Of a stretch of 64,000 nucleotides of DNA, positions 49,555 to 62,812 are shown one piece after another. The stretch covers positions 14,756,001-14,820,000 of the forward strand of contig CATNEN010000038.1 of assembly GCA_950097015.1 (NCBI GenBank), given 5' to 3'. Within the stretch, counting starts at the first letter, position 1, and the number at the start of each line of letters is the position of its first letter. The notes under the pieces are model-generated. The model was not told the DNA's origin. It saw nothing but the letters and a program-made list of their open reading frames with translations, and searched no databases. This stretch comes from Macrostomum hystrix (taxonomy: Eukaryota; Animalia; Platyhelminthes). The translations under genes and the position numbers were made by a program.

Positions 49555-51443
49555 ATGATCGGTGCCATGACTACATCAAGTGGCATCAGCACTGGGATGT
49601 CAGGAAACTGCTACAACAGGGTGCGAATGTACTTGCGACTGACGAGCTTGGCAACACAGCCGCTCATCTGGCAGCCAAGTCAGACAATTTTCCAACGCTG
49701 GCTATGCTACCGTTTGAAGCCAAATGGCGGACTAATAAGGCCGGCAACACGCCTCTGATGGAGGCTGTGATTAGAGGCAGTCGGAGGTGCGCGATTCACC
49801 TGCTCCACCTGTTTCGGCAGAAGCGATACTTCGACAAAAAATCGAAACTGTTGGGAATAAAGAATTCGGAAAATAGAACTGCATTGGATTTAGCAAAGGA
49901 GTCAACGGAGATAACTCAGCAGATTATTTTGTAAGAAGAATTCTACAATCTGTACATTAACAAATCTATTGGGCTAACCACACTAACCTAAACAGCTAAC
50001 TGTTTAGCCGGCAGAATCTTGAACCTAGAATCGTACCAGGAATCCTACAGCAAGAATCGCTTGAGGAGTCGTGTAATGAGAATTGTAGCAGTATCCGTTC
50101 AAATAGAATCGTACTAGAAGTCGTTCCGGCAACAATTGTACCAGGAATCGTACTAGGAATCGTACCAGGAATCGTACTAGGAATCGTTCCATGAATCGCA
50201 CTAGGAATCGTACCAGGAATCGTACTAGGAATCATTCCATGAATCGCACTAGGAATCGTACCAGGAATCGAAGCAGGAGTCGTACAACAAAAATGTTCTA
50301 AGTGCAACTATAATCGCCGCAGGATTTAGGCAAGAATCGCAAGAGTCGTAGCAGGAATCGTACCAGGAATCGTAGCATGATTCGTAAAACTGGAATCTTA
50401 GCAGAAGCTGTACTATTAGAACTTTAGAAGCAGGATTCAAGCAACTAGAATCGTAGCAGGATTCATGCAACTAGAATCGAAGCAGGATTCAAGCAACTAG
50501 AATCGCAGCAGGATTCATGCAACTAGAATCGTAGCAGGATTCATGCAACTAGAATCGCAGCAGGATTCATGCAACTAGAATCGCAGCAGGATTCATGCAA
50601 CTAGAATCGCAGCAGGATTCATGCAACTAGAATCGCAGCAGGATTCATGCAACTAGAATCGCAGCAGGATTCATGCAACTAGAATCGCAGCAGGATTCAT
50701 GCAACTAGAATCGCAGCAGGATTCATGCAACTAGAATCGCAGCAGGATTCATGCAACTAGAATCGCAGCAGGATTCAAGCAACTAGAATCGCAGCAGGAT
50801 TCATGCAACTAGAATCGCAGCAGGATTCATGCAACTAGAATCGTAGCAGGATTCAAGCAACTAGAATCGCATCAGGATTCATGCAACTAGAATCGCAGCA
50901 GGATTCATGCAACTAGAATCGCATCAGGATTCATGCAACTAGAATCGCATCAGGATTCATGCAACTAGAATCGCAGCAGGATTCATGCAACTAGAATCGC
51001 ATCAGGATTCATGCAACTAGAATCGCAGCAGGATTCATGCAACTAGAATCGCATCAGGATTCATGCAACTAGAATCGCAGCAGGATTCATGCAACTAGAA
51101 TCGCATCAGGGTTCATGCAACTAGAATCGCAGCAGGATTCATGCAACTAGAATCGCAGCAGGATTCATGCAACTAGAATCGCAGCAGGATTCATGAAACT
51201 AGAATCGCAGCAGTAATTATTATTACCGTAATCGCCTTCTCGAATCCAATGTCGCCATGGAATCCCAGGTGGGCCAGTCGCCGCTGCTGCACGCGGCCTA
51301 TTTCTCGTCACCAGACAAAGTTGGGCCAGCGCGTCAACTGCTGGACTGGGGAGCCGACAAGAACCAGAAGGACCTGGCCGGCAGGAGTGCTCAGTCTCTG
51401 GCCAAGATGAACGGAAGAAACCGGCTGGTTGATGAATTGAGCT
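49555..51443 (+). CDS. Ankyrin-repeat protein exons (49555-49930, 51269-51443); gene model incomplete
   Basis: LLQQGANVLATDELGNTAAHLAA, GNTPLMEAV, GQSPLLHAA...LLDWGADKNQKDLAGRSA. Splice sites present, but the two exons do not join in phase directly. Confidence 0.65.
50020..51212. repeat. 12-bp (ggaatcgtacca) and 26-bp (gcaggattcatgcaactagaatcgca) minisatellites
   Basis: Tandem copies. Confidence 0.92.
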
Positions 51444-51467
51444 TGTGAGTTCTTACACATTCACTGT

Positions 51468-52120
51468 GCTGTTTTTGAGAATTGGCTGTTTTTGAGAATT
51501 GGCTGTTTTTGAGAATTGGCTGTTTTTGAGAATTGGCTGTTTTTGAGAATTGGCAGTTTTTTGAGAATTGGCTGTTTTTGAGAATCAGCTGTTTTGGGAA
51601 TCAGCTGTTTTTGAGAATCAGCTGTTTTTTGGGAATCAGCTGTTTTTGAGAATCAGCTGTTTTTTGGGAATCAGCTGTTTTTGAGAATCAGCTGTTTTTG
51701 GGAATCAGCTGTTTTTGAGAATCAGCTGTTTTTGGGAATTGGCAGTTTTTTTGAGAATCAGCTGTTTTTGAGAATCAGCTGTTTTGGGAATCAGCTGTTT
51801 TTGAGAATCAGCTGTTTTTTGGGAATCAGCTGTTTTTGAGAATCAGCTGTTTTTTGGGAATCAGCTGTTTTTGAGAATCAGCTGTTTTTGGGAATCAGCT
51901 GTTTTTGAGAATCAGCTGTTTTTTGGGAATCAGCTGTTTTTGAGAATCAGCTGTTTTTTGGGAATCAGCTGTTTTTGAGAATCAGCTGTTTTTGGGAATC
52001 AGCTGTTTTTGAGAATCAGCTGTTTTTGGGAATTGGCGATTTCTTTCATATTGGCTGTATTTGAGAAGTTTCTGTTTTTGAGATTAGGCTGTATTTGAAA
52101 GGATGCTGTTTTTGAGAAGA
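51468..52120. repeat. 17-18-bp minisatellite (gctgtttttgagaatca)
   Basis: Tandem copies. Confidence 0.92.
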
Positions 52121-52784
52121 TGCTGCTTCGTTGTCGCTCTGAATTTGAATACTAAATACTAAATTTGAGCTATATAATTCAATTATCATATGAGCTTAAA
52201 TATCATATTTGCAGTCCTGGAAACTTTGAGCACCTTCGCGTCAAATGATATTTGCCTCTGCAGCGAAGAAAAAAATATGATGAAGATTGACTACTGCCTA
52301 CGTAGAATTGAAGGTTTCGTTTGTCTTTTCTTCCTCAAGAAATTTTACACTAGACTTTATAGATTATTTTTGATTCGAAGGTCGTTGGTTCGAATCGCAG
52401 CTCATTGGAGAAAATTTTTACCGTCGAGCAAAGCAACTATTATATATAGTCTCTCTATCTAGATTTGAACTTTTTAACTTGAATTTTTCAACGTTTTAAA
52501 CTCCGTTAATTGTCTTCAACGCACTCACTATTTTATACTATTTCATAGTTCACTCTTTATTTATTTATAATATTTATTGTGTTTTGATCAAACAAAACTT
52601 TGCAAGAGTTTTAATACAAATTATGTGTTTAATCACTAATATCATTATATGTACATGTATATATACAACGTATATAAATATAATTATTATTACGTTTATA
52701 AGTTTGTCATAAAAAAGTTCGAAATTAAAAACTGCCTTCTTACATTTCTATCAACTAATTTTCAGTAATTTTTTAAGTGGATGC

Positions 52785-52972
52785 TGTATTTGAGTAGAGG
52801 CCGTATTTGAGTTCAGGGTGTATTTGAGTACAGGTAGTATTTTATTAGAGGCTGTATTCTAGATGAGACTGTATTTGAGTAGAGGCTGTATTTGAGTACA
52901 GGCTGTATTTGAGTACAGGCTGTATTTGAGTACAGGCTGTATTTGAGTACAGGCTGTATTTGAGTACAGGCT
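52785..52972. repeat. 17-bp repeat (tgtatttgagtacaggc)
   Basis: Tandem copies. Confidence 0.88.
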
Positions 52973-53082
52973 ACTCAATAAAAAGCATGGCAGAGATCTA
53001 AGTGAGGCCGATTGGCCCGCAAGCAGCGCAGCTATATACATTTTTTGACGATGCGATCCGTGGTTCGAATCTCTAAAACTGC

Positions 53083-54636
53083 TCAGATGAGCCGCAGCTC
53101 GCGCAGACGCTCTGCTTCAGCCAGCCGAGCCTCCAGCTCCAGCTGATCCTTATCGGCCAGGCGGTCCATGGCGCTCTTGAGCTGGCGTGTAAATTCCTGA
53201 TCGCACAACGAGGCAACCGGCCTGCCGGCTACGCAATAGCGACTGTCGTTGCCTAGCAACCGTTGTAGACGACGTCGGGCAGTCGGCGGCGGCTCGATCG
53301 CGACGCGCAAGCCGGCCAGGTGAGAACGACGGCTGGCTTCGAAGTCGAAGTCGCGTCGTACAGCTTCGGCGATGGCCTCGCGCCAACGCGGATCTCGGTA
53401 GCTCTGCCGATGATCACGTTTCCGACCCTGTTGATGGGATGAAAATTTGGGGATGGCTGTCCCACATTCACACTATTTTAGTAGGCATATAATTTCACTA
53501 CTGATCATATACTTTGTCGCAAGTCAGTTTATTAATTGACGCACGCGCGTAGCTACTTATTGAAAATGTCGTACCATACAGCGAATACTTGATTTTGTAA
53601 AAATATTTCATGTAAAAAATGTAAGGGGGTGAGTGGCAGAGCTGTCTAACGCGTTTGCATCTCGCACCAAGGTCCCTGAGCTCGATTCTGCGTCAAGGCC
53701 ATGCACATTTATTTGGCGCGCAGCCGCGGAGAGAAGGCTTGGGGACTTTTCGTGCAATTTTCGCCCTTGAGGGCCAACATTTAAGGCATGGTGAAAATGT
53801 ACACTGCCTGACGATGAGAAAGTCAGGACAGACGTACACACCTGCGTGAGCCTGTGCCTGCGTACAGTACCTGTGTGCCTGTGTGCTCAAAAGTCAGCGG
53901 AATGGGCAGAATTGCCTCCTCGCTGGCTGCGGGTCTAGTGTCACTAAATGATCTAGCCCGCAGTCCTCCTGCAGCAATTACGAGTAATAATATTATTATA
54001 CTTTATTAACATAAAGTAAACTATTATAATAAGCTAAAATAATGAACCGAATCGAGTGCTTGTTAAACAGATTGAAAGTAACTAATAAGATCTTACACTC
54101 AATTGCTGACGATGCTGCTGCTGCTGCTGCTGCTGCCGCTGATGCTGTTGCGAATCGAATACTTCGTCTTCGTCCTCCTCTTCGTTAAGCTGTACACAAT
54201 TCCTGCCCATGCCGGGCTTAAATGAGACCCCGCCGGCGCCGCCGCCGCTGCAGCTGCCGCCACTGCCGCACAGGTGCCTGTCGATAACGCTGTCCCAGCT
54301 GGACGAGGTGAGAAACACGGAGTCTTTGCGCTCCCTGCGACGCCTGTTGCCATCGTTTTCGTTGAGCCACGGGAACGGATTCGAGTCGGACAGTGAGGGA
54401 AAATGAAAGTGCTCGATTGAGAGGCTGGGATGTCGGTGGAACATGCCGTGAGACAGGATGGTGGGGTGACAAGTTTTCTGCTTGTTATGCTTTGCGGGCA
54501 ATTTCCAGGCTTGCAAGCTTGTGCCAGAATTTGTCGCAGCAGCAGCAGCAGCAGCGTTAGCGGCATTCGCTTTCCGTCTATTGGCGGCAGACGCAAAACA
54601 TGGATCCAACTTTGAACGCTGTTTCGACTGTTGCAT
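53083..54636 (-). CDS. Hypothetical protein, ~294 aa, low-complexity with a C-terminal coiled coil; exons 54636-54097, 53427-53083
   Basis: Two GC-rich ORFs joined by a phase-0 GTAAG...CAG intron; no recognised domain. Confidence 0.6.
53625..53998 (+). mobile_element. Full-length SINE family 2 (intronic, antisense to host gene)
   Basis: tRNA-like head and shared body and tail. Confidence 0.85.
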
Positions 54637-55219
54637 TTTCTTGCAATATCTGCTTTAAAGGGCTCGCAGGAGCGGAGTTTTGTTATAACTAAAATTAGGA
54701 TCTGAGATAAAATAGTCTTTCTATGCGTTTAGACCTGCGAGGAAGAAATAAATTGTTGCTTGACTTCTTCTAGTAACCATGGTTACCACAGGAAGTGTGC
54801 GAAGCAATTTAGTTATTCAGTTCCAAAACCGATTTAATTAAGGCGCTGCCAAGCATTCGCAGGCAAAGCCGGATTTTTTCTACGATTTCACTTTCGACTC
54901 ACGTAATAAGAGCCAGTAGCGATGGCACACATTGCTTGTTTGAATAATTCAAAACAAGCTTTTTTGCTGATTACCCCTGGCACCAGAAAATATCTGATTA
55001 TAATTCTGAGACGCTATTTTCATTTTTTGTCTCTCCAGGGACCATTGCTTAAAATGCCACCTATAATATAAATAAGTCTACCAGTCACGTTCTGTAAAAA
55101 ACCTGAAAGTTTCTTGAGCCGACAGAGCGACTTAGTTGAAACTGATTTCAAACATTCTGTGTATCTGATAGGGATCCTCAATTTATCGAGCAGAGATTTG
55201 CCGACAAACTAGTCGAGAA

Positions 55220-56130
55220 GGTATTCCCCACTCTATCTGACAGGGATTTCCCAGTCTATCCGATAGGGATTCCCCAGTCTATCTGACATGGATTTCCCAG
55301 TCTATCCGATAGGGATACTCTAGTCTATCTGACATGGATTCCCCAGTCTATCTGACATGGATTCCCCAGTCTATCTGACATGGATTCCCCAGTCTATCTG
55401 ACATGGATTCCCCAGTCTATCTGACATGGATTCCCCAGTCTATCTGACATGGATTCCCCAGTCTGTCTGACAGAGATTCCCCAGTCTATCTGACAGAGAT
55501 TCCCCAGTCTATCTGACAGAGATTCCCCAGTCTATCTGAAAGGGATTTCCCAGTCTATCTGACAGAGATTCCCTAGTCTATCCGATAGGGATTCCCCAGT
55601 CTATCTGACATGGATTCCCCAGTCTATCTGACAGAGATTCCCCAGTCTATCTGAAAGGGATTTCCCAGTATATCCTATAGGGATTCCCTAGTCTATCTGA
55701 CATGGATTCCCCAGTCTATCTGACAGAGATTCCCCAGTCTATCTGAAAGGGATTTCCCAGTATATCCTATAGGGATTCCCTAGTCTATCTGACATGGATT
55801 CCCCAGTCTATCTGACAGAGATTCCCCAGTCTATCTGACAGAGATTCCGCAGTCTATCTGAAAGGGATTTCCCAGTATATCCTATAGTGATTCCCTAGTC
55901 TATCAGACAGGGATTTCCCACTCCATCTGACAAGGATTCCGCAGTTTATCTGACAGGGAGTCCCCTGTAAATCTGATAGGGATTTCCCAGTCTATCGGAC
56001 ATGGATTCCCCACTCTATCTGACAAGGATTCCGAAGTCTATCTGACAGGGAGTTCCCAGTCAATCTGACATGGATTCCCCAGTCTATCTGAAAGGGATTC
56101 CCAGTCTATCTGTGGGATCCGATAGGAGTT
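55220..56130. repeat. 23-bp minisatellite (ggattccccagtctatctgacat)
   Basis: Tandem copies. Confidence 0.92.
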
Positions 56131-57012
56131 TCCCAGTTGTTTTAATAGAAAAATCCTTAACTACTATACTATGTTAGGGATATAAATAAAGTTTATTGCT
56201 CCCGTAAAGCTTAACCAATAAAAGAGCCTGATCTGATGGGCTCATCTTTGAAGCCCTATTTTCCTATTTATTAAATGGATTGCACTGAGCAGCTTGAGTG
56301 TACGAATTTAAACTGATGCTTTGCCAAAAAAGTCAATTTCTCTATTTCTGCCACTTAAATCCAAACTTTACGAGTCTTTGAGAGCTGGGAAAAACAGAGG
56401 GAAGTAACAAATAATATGGAAGCCAATACAGAATTGTTGCCATGCAATTTCTCTACTCCGAATAGCCAATCAAATCCAATACTTCTTGATAGGAGTCAGC
56501 AAACACTTATAATTGTGAATTTGGCTCCAACAAATAACATAGCATATACGCTCGGATATACAGTGGGTTAGGCCACAACAGACCCTATATTATATACGTC
56601 CAACCAACCCCAACCAACTGTGAGCTGCAGTTGCATGTACTCTCAACTACCGGGGTGGGATGCAGTGCGTATATAGTTAGCAAGCAGTGATGATGATGAA
56701 GCTGCCTTAGCTGGCAAATATGTGGAAATGGGAGGCTGATGTGAGGCTTGGACAGGGGACGAGGGCAGCTGGTTACTGGGAGAAGAAAATTTCCCAGCTC
56801 TGCTGCAATTTCTGCTGTAACTGGCCAATCGGAACCGACCATGCAACCTGGCAGGCCAGGTGTATGCACGGGAGAAATGGCGTTTGATTACACATAATAG
56901 TCCGCGACATCCCCCAAGGACTATCAGCTGCCACCCACAGCTCATACGACTATTGCGAAGCCACGCATGGACCAGCCTTTCACACATTGACAAGCTTCAA
57001 TTGCTTCTGGAA

Positions 57013-57663
57013 ATGGCTCCGACACAGTCGACGCCAGTTAAAGTGCAACAAGAAACAGCGGCGGCCGCGGCCGTGATTGTTGAGTCTTCGATGACTGGCA
57101 AATCGGGCTTCAACAATGTCAAGCCGCACAATGCCATCTGGCTGGTACACTTGAGCATAGCTTTGACCCTGGCTGTCCTGCTCACGCTGTCGTTTCTGCA
57201 CTACAGACATCGAAGGCGCGCCGCAGCGCAGAGGAGGACCTACAGCTCGCTGGCGAGGAGTCTTCATCGCCAGGCCCAAATCGACAGTCGACTGAAACGA
57301 TTACGCAACGACCGACAAACGGCAGCAATGAGTCGCGACCGGATGAATGAGGCGAAGAGACTGGTTCACAGTCAAGGCCGACAGTCTGGCCAGATGTGGA
57401 GTGTCATCGGCTGCTGCCTGCTGCGGCACAGTCAAGACGACGGGGCTAGGCCGAGAAATCAGTTGCAGCTGCAGCAGCAGCAGTTTGAGCAGCATTCACA
57501 GCAGCATCATCAGCACCAGGCTCAGCTGGTCATGCCAGCTAGCGGGGGACGCGCGAGTACAAATATGATTCTGGGCGCCTTCAGACCGCAACAGCTGAGT
57601 ACATCGACAGCGGGTCACTGCGCCAACACCTCGTCTGCTGGCGGCGGGTCATATTTTTTCTGA
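57013..57663 (+). CDS. Hypothetical single-pass membrane protein
   Basis: ORF with hydrophobic AIWLVHLSIALTLAVLLTLSFL followed by basic RHRRR and polyQ; start codon inferred. Confidence 0.55.
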   Translation: MAPTQSTPVKVQQETAAAAAVIVESSMTGKSGFNNVKPHNAIWLVHLSIALTLAVLLTLSFLHYRHRRRAAAQRRTYSSLARSLHRQAQIDSRLKRLRNDRQTAAMSRDRMNEAKRLVHSQGRQSGQMWSVIGCCLLRHSQDDGARPRNQLQLQQQQFEQHSQQHHQHQAQLVMPASGGRASTNMILGAFRPQQLSTSTAGHCANTSSAGGGSYFF

Positions 57664-57994
57664 TGCAAGACTTGATTGGCCTTCAGAAAGCCAATCCTGT
57701 CATTGTTGCTATTTTTTTTAGAAAATGTTCACAGCCCAATCCGTCCGATTGACCGACTGAAGCCAATATAAAAAAATGCGCCATTAACACTAGAAATTTT
57801 GTCTGCCAAATGCGCAGCTAGACAAAATAATAGTCACGTGACAGGTGATCTGAGCCAATAAGCGACTTATTACGCGTTATCAGTTATCAAATCGTTATCA
57901 AAAGCTATCTATGATTTCTATGAATTCTTTATTGACTAGCTGGTTCTGTTGAACTGTTGTTGTTCTGTCATTATTTATATTCGCTAGAACAATC

Positions 57995-58765
57995 CGAAGG
58001 AATCTGATGCTGGTTAGACATGAAGGGTCTAGGAAGAAGGGATCTGATGCTGGTTAGACATGAAGGGTCTAGGAAGAAGGGATCTGATGCTGGTTAGACA
58101 TGAAGGGTCTAGGAAGAAGGGATATGATGCTGGTTAGAGATGAAGGGTCTAGGAAGAAGGGATATGATGCTTGTTTGAGATGAAGGGTCTAGGGTGAAGG
58201 GATATGATGGTGGTTAGAGATGAAGGATCTAGAATGAAGGATCTGATGCTGGTTAGACATGAAGGGTCTAGGAAGAAGGGATATGATGCTGGTTAGAGAT
58301 GAAGGGTCTAGGGTGAAGGGATATGATGCTGGTTAGAGATGAAGGGTCTAGGAAGAAGGGATATGATGCTGGTTAGAGATGAAGGGTCTAGGGTGAAGGG
58401 ATATGATGCTGGTTAGAGATGAAGGGTCTAGGAAGAAGGGATATGATGCTTGTTTGAGATGAAGGGTCTAGGGTGAAGGGATATGATGCTGGTTAGACAT
58501 GAAGGGTCTAGGGTGAAGGGATATGATGGTGGTTAGAGATGAAGGGTCTAGAATGATGGGATCTCATGCTGGTTAGAGATGAAGGGTCTAGGATGAAGGA
58601 ATCTGATGCTGGTTAGAGATGAAGGCTCTAGGAAGAAGGGATCTGATGCTGGTTAGAGATGAAGGCTCTAGGAAGAAGGGATCTGATGCTGGTTAGAGAT
58701 GAAGGCTCTAGGAAGAAGGGATCTGATGCTGGTTAGAGATGAAGGGTCTAGGAAGAAGGGATCTG
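57995..58765. repeat. 40-bp minisatellite (gaagggatctgatgctggttagacatgaagggtctaggaa)
   Basis: Tandem copies. Confidence 0.95.
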
Positions 58766-59059
58766 GTGACTAGGAGTAGGACAGATGGCACTAAAGCAAA
58801 AAATGTTTATCTGTTCTTATCTGCATTCTTGTATTGAGTATTGAGCGGATTTCAAGGGTCACATGGGAGATCGAAAGGGTCTGCTATTAACACCGCTTTT
58901 AAATTATCAATCTATGAGTTTAGACCCCAGTCATTTTGCTCATCTCATTGATTTTCGTCACTATCTCTCACAGGTCACTTAGCGGCTTAAATAATTAAGT
59001 GCTCGTGGGTTTTTAGAGACTCAAACAGAACTACCAAGTATTGCTTAACAATACATAAT

Positions 59060-59760
59060 ATAATATAATAATAATGGCAGGAGGGCTGGGGGCAATGGCA
59101 CATCATTTGATGACACTAGACCCGCAGCCAGCGAGGAGGCAATTCTGCCTCATCTCTCCTCTGCCCCATCTCAAATCACAACCCGAGTTTTCAAAATCTA
59201 GATCCTAATAGACCCAGACCCTGATCCAATTTATCTTTCCTCTAAGTCTAATCTCCCCCTGTATCATCTCCCCCCTGTATTATCTCCCCCCTGTATCATC
59301 TCTCCCCTGCCTCATCTCTCCGCTGCCTCATCTCTCCCCTGCTTCATCTATTCCCTGCCTCATCTCTCCCCTGCCTCTTCTCTCCCCTGCCTCATCTCTC
59401 CTCTGCCTCATCTCTCCCCTGCTTCATCTATTCCCTGCCTCTTCTCTCCCCTGCCCCATCTCTCCCCTGCTTCATCTATTCCCTGCCTCATCTCTCAGCG
59501 CACGCACACTGATACCGTACGCAGGCATACGCTGACACAGGTGTGTACATCTGCCCTGACTTTCTCATCGTCAGTCTCATCGGACACTCAATGTGTCTTA
59601 AACGTTGGCCCTCAATGGCGTAAATTGCACGACAAGCCACCAAGCCTTCTTTCCGCGGCTGCGCCTGAAAAGAATGTGGCCTCGTTGCAGAATCGAGCTC
59701 AAGGACCTTGGTGCGAGAGGCAAACGCGTTTATGACCGCACTGCCACTCACCTCACCCAC
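59060..59760 (-). mobile_element. SINE family 2 interrupted at ~59149-59496
   Basis: Tail part at 59060-59148; head and body at 59497-59760. Confidence 0.8.
59149..59496. repeat. Left arm of a long inverted repeat (unique segment plus 16-bp repeat), partner 61830-62307
   Basis: atcacaacccgagttttcaaaatctag... is the exact reverse complement of the segment ending at 62307. Confidence 0.9.
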
Positions 59761-60549
59761 TCAGTCTTGCTTTAAAGTAAACTAAACTAAGCAGGTGTGG
59801 CTTAAAAAGAGACATGTAAAATTATAACAGCATTTTGTAAGAACAAGTTTAAATGTTATTCTATTATAGAATCAATTAGCTAAGGAAAACAAACAATATA
59901 TTAGACAAAGACCAGATATATAAGAACATAAAGTCTGGACAACAAACCATAATAAGCTATTGTATGTACGATGCATTATGAACTATTATATATTGTGCAG
60001 TAATAATGCGACGATTAATAATTTAACAAAGACAAGCAGATCTTCTTTCAGTAAAAAACAAAGACAGAAAACCGACTAATAACAACAACGGGATAATATT
60101 TAACAAACACTAAACTTACACAATGTCGTAACAATCGTAGTTAAACAATAAATGAATTTAGTTTTAAAAGCATTCGAGCTACATCAGAATCGGAGGCTGA
60201 GTATCAGTATAGCGTGCAAAACTCTTTATATACATCCTACTAACAGTATAATAATATGAATAATAATAGTTCTTGTCCTGATTAAAATGCGATTCTATTA
60301 AAAAACTAGCGATAAGTTAAAGCATTTGAGATGACAATAAGACAGTGTCAGTTACATCTTTTACATGCTACAATTATTAAACAAGACTCGATACAAAACA
60401 GCTAAAAACAATAGCAATATTGGTGAATAGTGAAGGCTTCAAACAAAAATATTATTAATAGCGCAGTTAATATGTGAATATATTACAAGGTTATATAATT
60501 TACAAATGGAATCATTTTAACGGGTTTTAAAATGTACAATTTTTTTCAA

Positions 60550-61185
60550 AGAATCCCACATCAGCAGGTGCCAGTTTAATCCCACCTAAACAGGTGCCAA
60601 TTTAATCCCACCTGAGCAGGTTCCAGTTTAATCCCACCTGAGCAGGTGCCAGTTTAATTCCACCTAAACAGGTGCCAATTTAATCCCACCTGAGCAGGTG
60701 CCAGTTTAATCCCACCTGAGCAGGTGCCAGTTTAATTCCACCTAAACAGGTGCCAATTTAATCCCACCTGAGCAGGTGCCAGTTTAATCCCACCTGAGCA
60801 GGTGCCAATTTAATCCCACCTGAGCAGGTGCCAGTTTAATCCCACCTGAGCAGGTGCCAATTTAATCCCACCTGAGCAGGTGCCAGTTTAATCCCACCAG
60901 AGCAGGTACCAGTTTAATCCCACCTGAGCAGGTACCAGTTTAATCCCACCTGAGCAGGTACCAGTTTAATCCCACCTGAGCAGGTGCCAATTTAATCCCA
61001 CCAGAGCAGGTACCAGTTTAATCCCACCTGAGCAGGTGCCAGTTTAATCCCACCAGAGCAGGTACCAGTTTAATCCCACCTGAGCAGGTACCAGTTTAAT
61101 CCCACCTGAGCAGGTGCCAATTTAATCCCACCTGAGCAGGTGCCAATTTAATCCCACCTGAGCAGGTGCCAGTTTAATCCAACCC
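60550..61185. repeat. 26-bp minisatellite (aatcccacctgagcaggtgccagttt)
   Basis: Tandem copies. Confidence 0.95.
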
Positions 61186-61829
61186 ACCTAAGGCAGTATA
61201 TTCCTACTTAAAAATGTAAGCAATTTGTATGAAGCAGAAAAAAACAACAAAAACGGAATAATTTTAATCAAGGATGCAATCAATAGACTTCAATGCAAAG
61301 TAAAAGAAAAAAAGTCACATGTGTGACTCAATTAATTGACAACAAAATCAGGCATATGACTGATAAAAGTGTGGATTGCAAATTTGCAATACAAAAACGC
61401 TAAATATGCTACTTAGAAACCTGTACTAAGTAGTGAAATGTGTGACAACTAACAAACAAAACAGAAATAGAAAACCTAGACTAAATCCAATATATGTGAA
61501 CGTATCAAAAACTGATTTTTTAGAAATATATTTCACAATACAACTATCGCTATTGGGAAAATTTTTGCAACTAAGATTTAGCATAAACTTATAGTGTGAA
61601 TTTAGCTATTTATTACAATCATATTCCGACAGTGCGCGCTATATTAGTTATAAAAAACCATAGACTGTGATGGGAGCGCCGTATATTATAGATAAAAAAT
61701 CCCACACACTAGCAGGTGCAATGGGTAGGTGCAATTACGAAGTATATATAAAGAGGCCAAAAAGAGAATCTAAGAGACTATAACGCATCCGATTGACTAA
61801 GGACAAAAAATGAGATTAGGACGGCTAGC

Positions 61830-62307
61830 GATGAGGCAAGGGAGAGATGAGGCAGGGGAAAGAAGAGGCAGCGGAGAGATGAGGCAGGGGAGAGATGAGG
61901 CAGGGGAGAGATGAGGCAGGGGAGAGATGAGGCAGGGAATAGATGAAGCAGGGGAGAGATGAGGCAGGGGAGAGAAGAGGCAGGGGAGAGATGAGGCAGG
62001 GGAGAGAAGAGGCAGGGGAGAGATGAGGCAGGGAATAGATGAAGCAGGGGAGAGATGAGGCAGGGAATAGATGAAGCAGGGGAGAGATGAGGCAGAGGAG
62101 AGATGAGGCAGGGGAGAGAAGAGGCAGGGGAGAGAAGAGGCAGGGGAGAGAAGAGGCAGGGGAGAGATGAGGCAGGGGAGAGATGATACAGGGGGGAGAT
62201 AATACAGGGGGGAGATGATACAGGGGGAGATTAGACTTAGAGGAAAGATAAATTGGATCAGGGTCTGGGTCTATTAGGATCTAGATTTTGAAAACTCGGG
62301 TTGTGAT
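61830..62307. repeat. 16-bp purine minisatellite (ggggagagatgaggca) plus unique segment; right arm of the inverted repeat
   Basis: Tandem copies; inverted match to 59175-59496. Confidence 0.9.
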
Positions 62308-62398
62308 GTCTAGATTAAGATACATTAAGATAAAAAACGTCAAAGAAAGGATTTAAACAGCTAAATTGCCATTCGGGGTAGGTCTAAAATAGAACAGC

Positions 62399-62776
62399 TC
62401 ATGATGAGACAGCATTGTGACCGATGTGAAGCTGCGGCGCCACAGCAAGACCCTGGGCTGGCAGAGCCTGTGGCAGTTGCTGCTGCTGCTGCTGCTGCTG
62501 GTGTTGCTGCTGAACAAGATGATGATGATGATTGTGCTGCGGCTGGTGCTGCATGGGCCCAATCGGAGCAAGGCTGACCTGAATTGGCTGGCCGGGATGG
62601 TGGGCAAACCCGGGATGGTGCTGCATGTGATGCTGCTGCTGCTGTTGCTGCTGCTGAAGCTGCTGATGCTGCGGCGGGCGCTGCTGCTGATGATGCTGAA
62701 TAAACTGCTGCAGTTGCGGACCCTGGATTAGGTGAACAATTTGAGTTGGGCGCATTGCAGTCTGCTGGTGTTGTTG

Positions 62777-62812
<36 letters not shown>

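Noticed and set aside
59175-62307. Foldback transposon
   Set aside because: A SINE is split only by the left arm, with one part outside and one inside, and no TSD is seen. A templated inverted insertion fits better.
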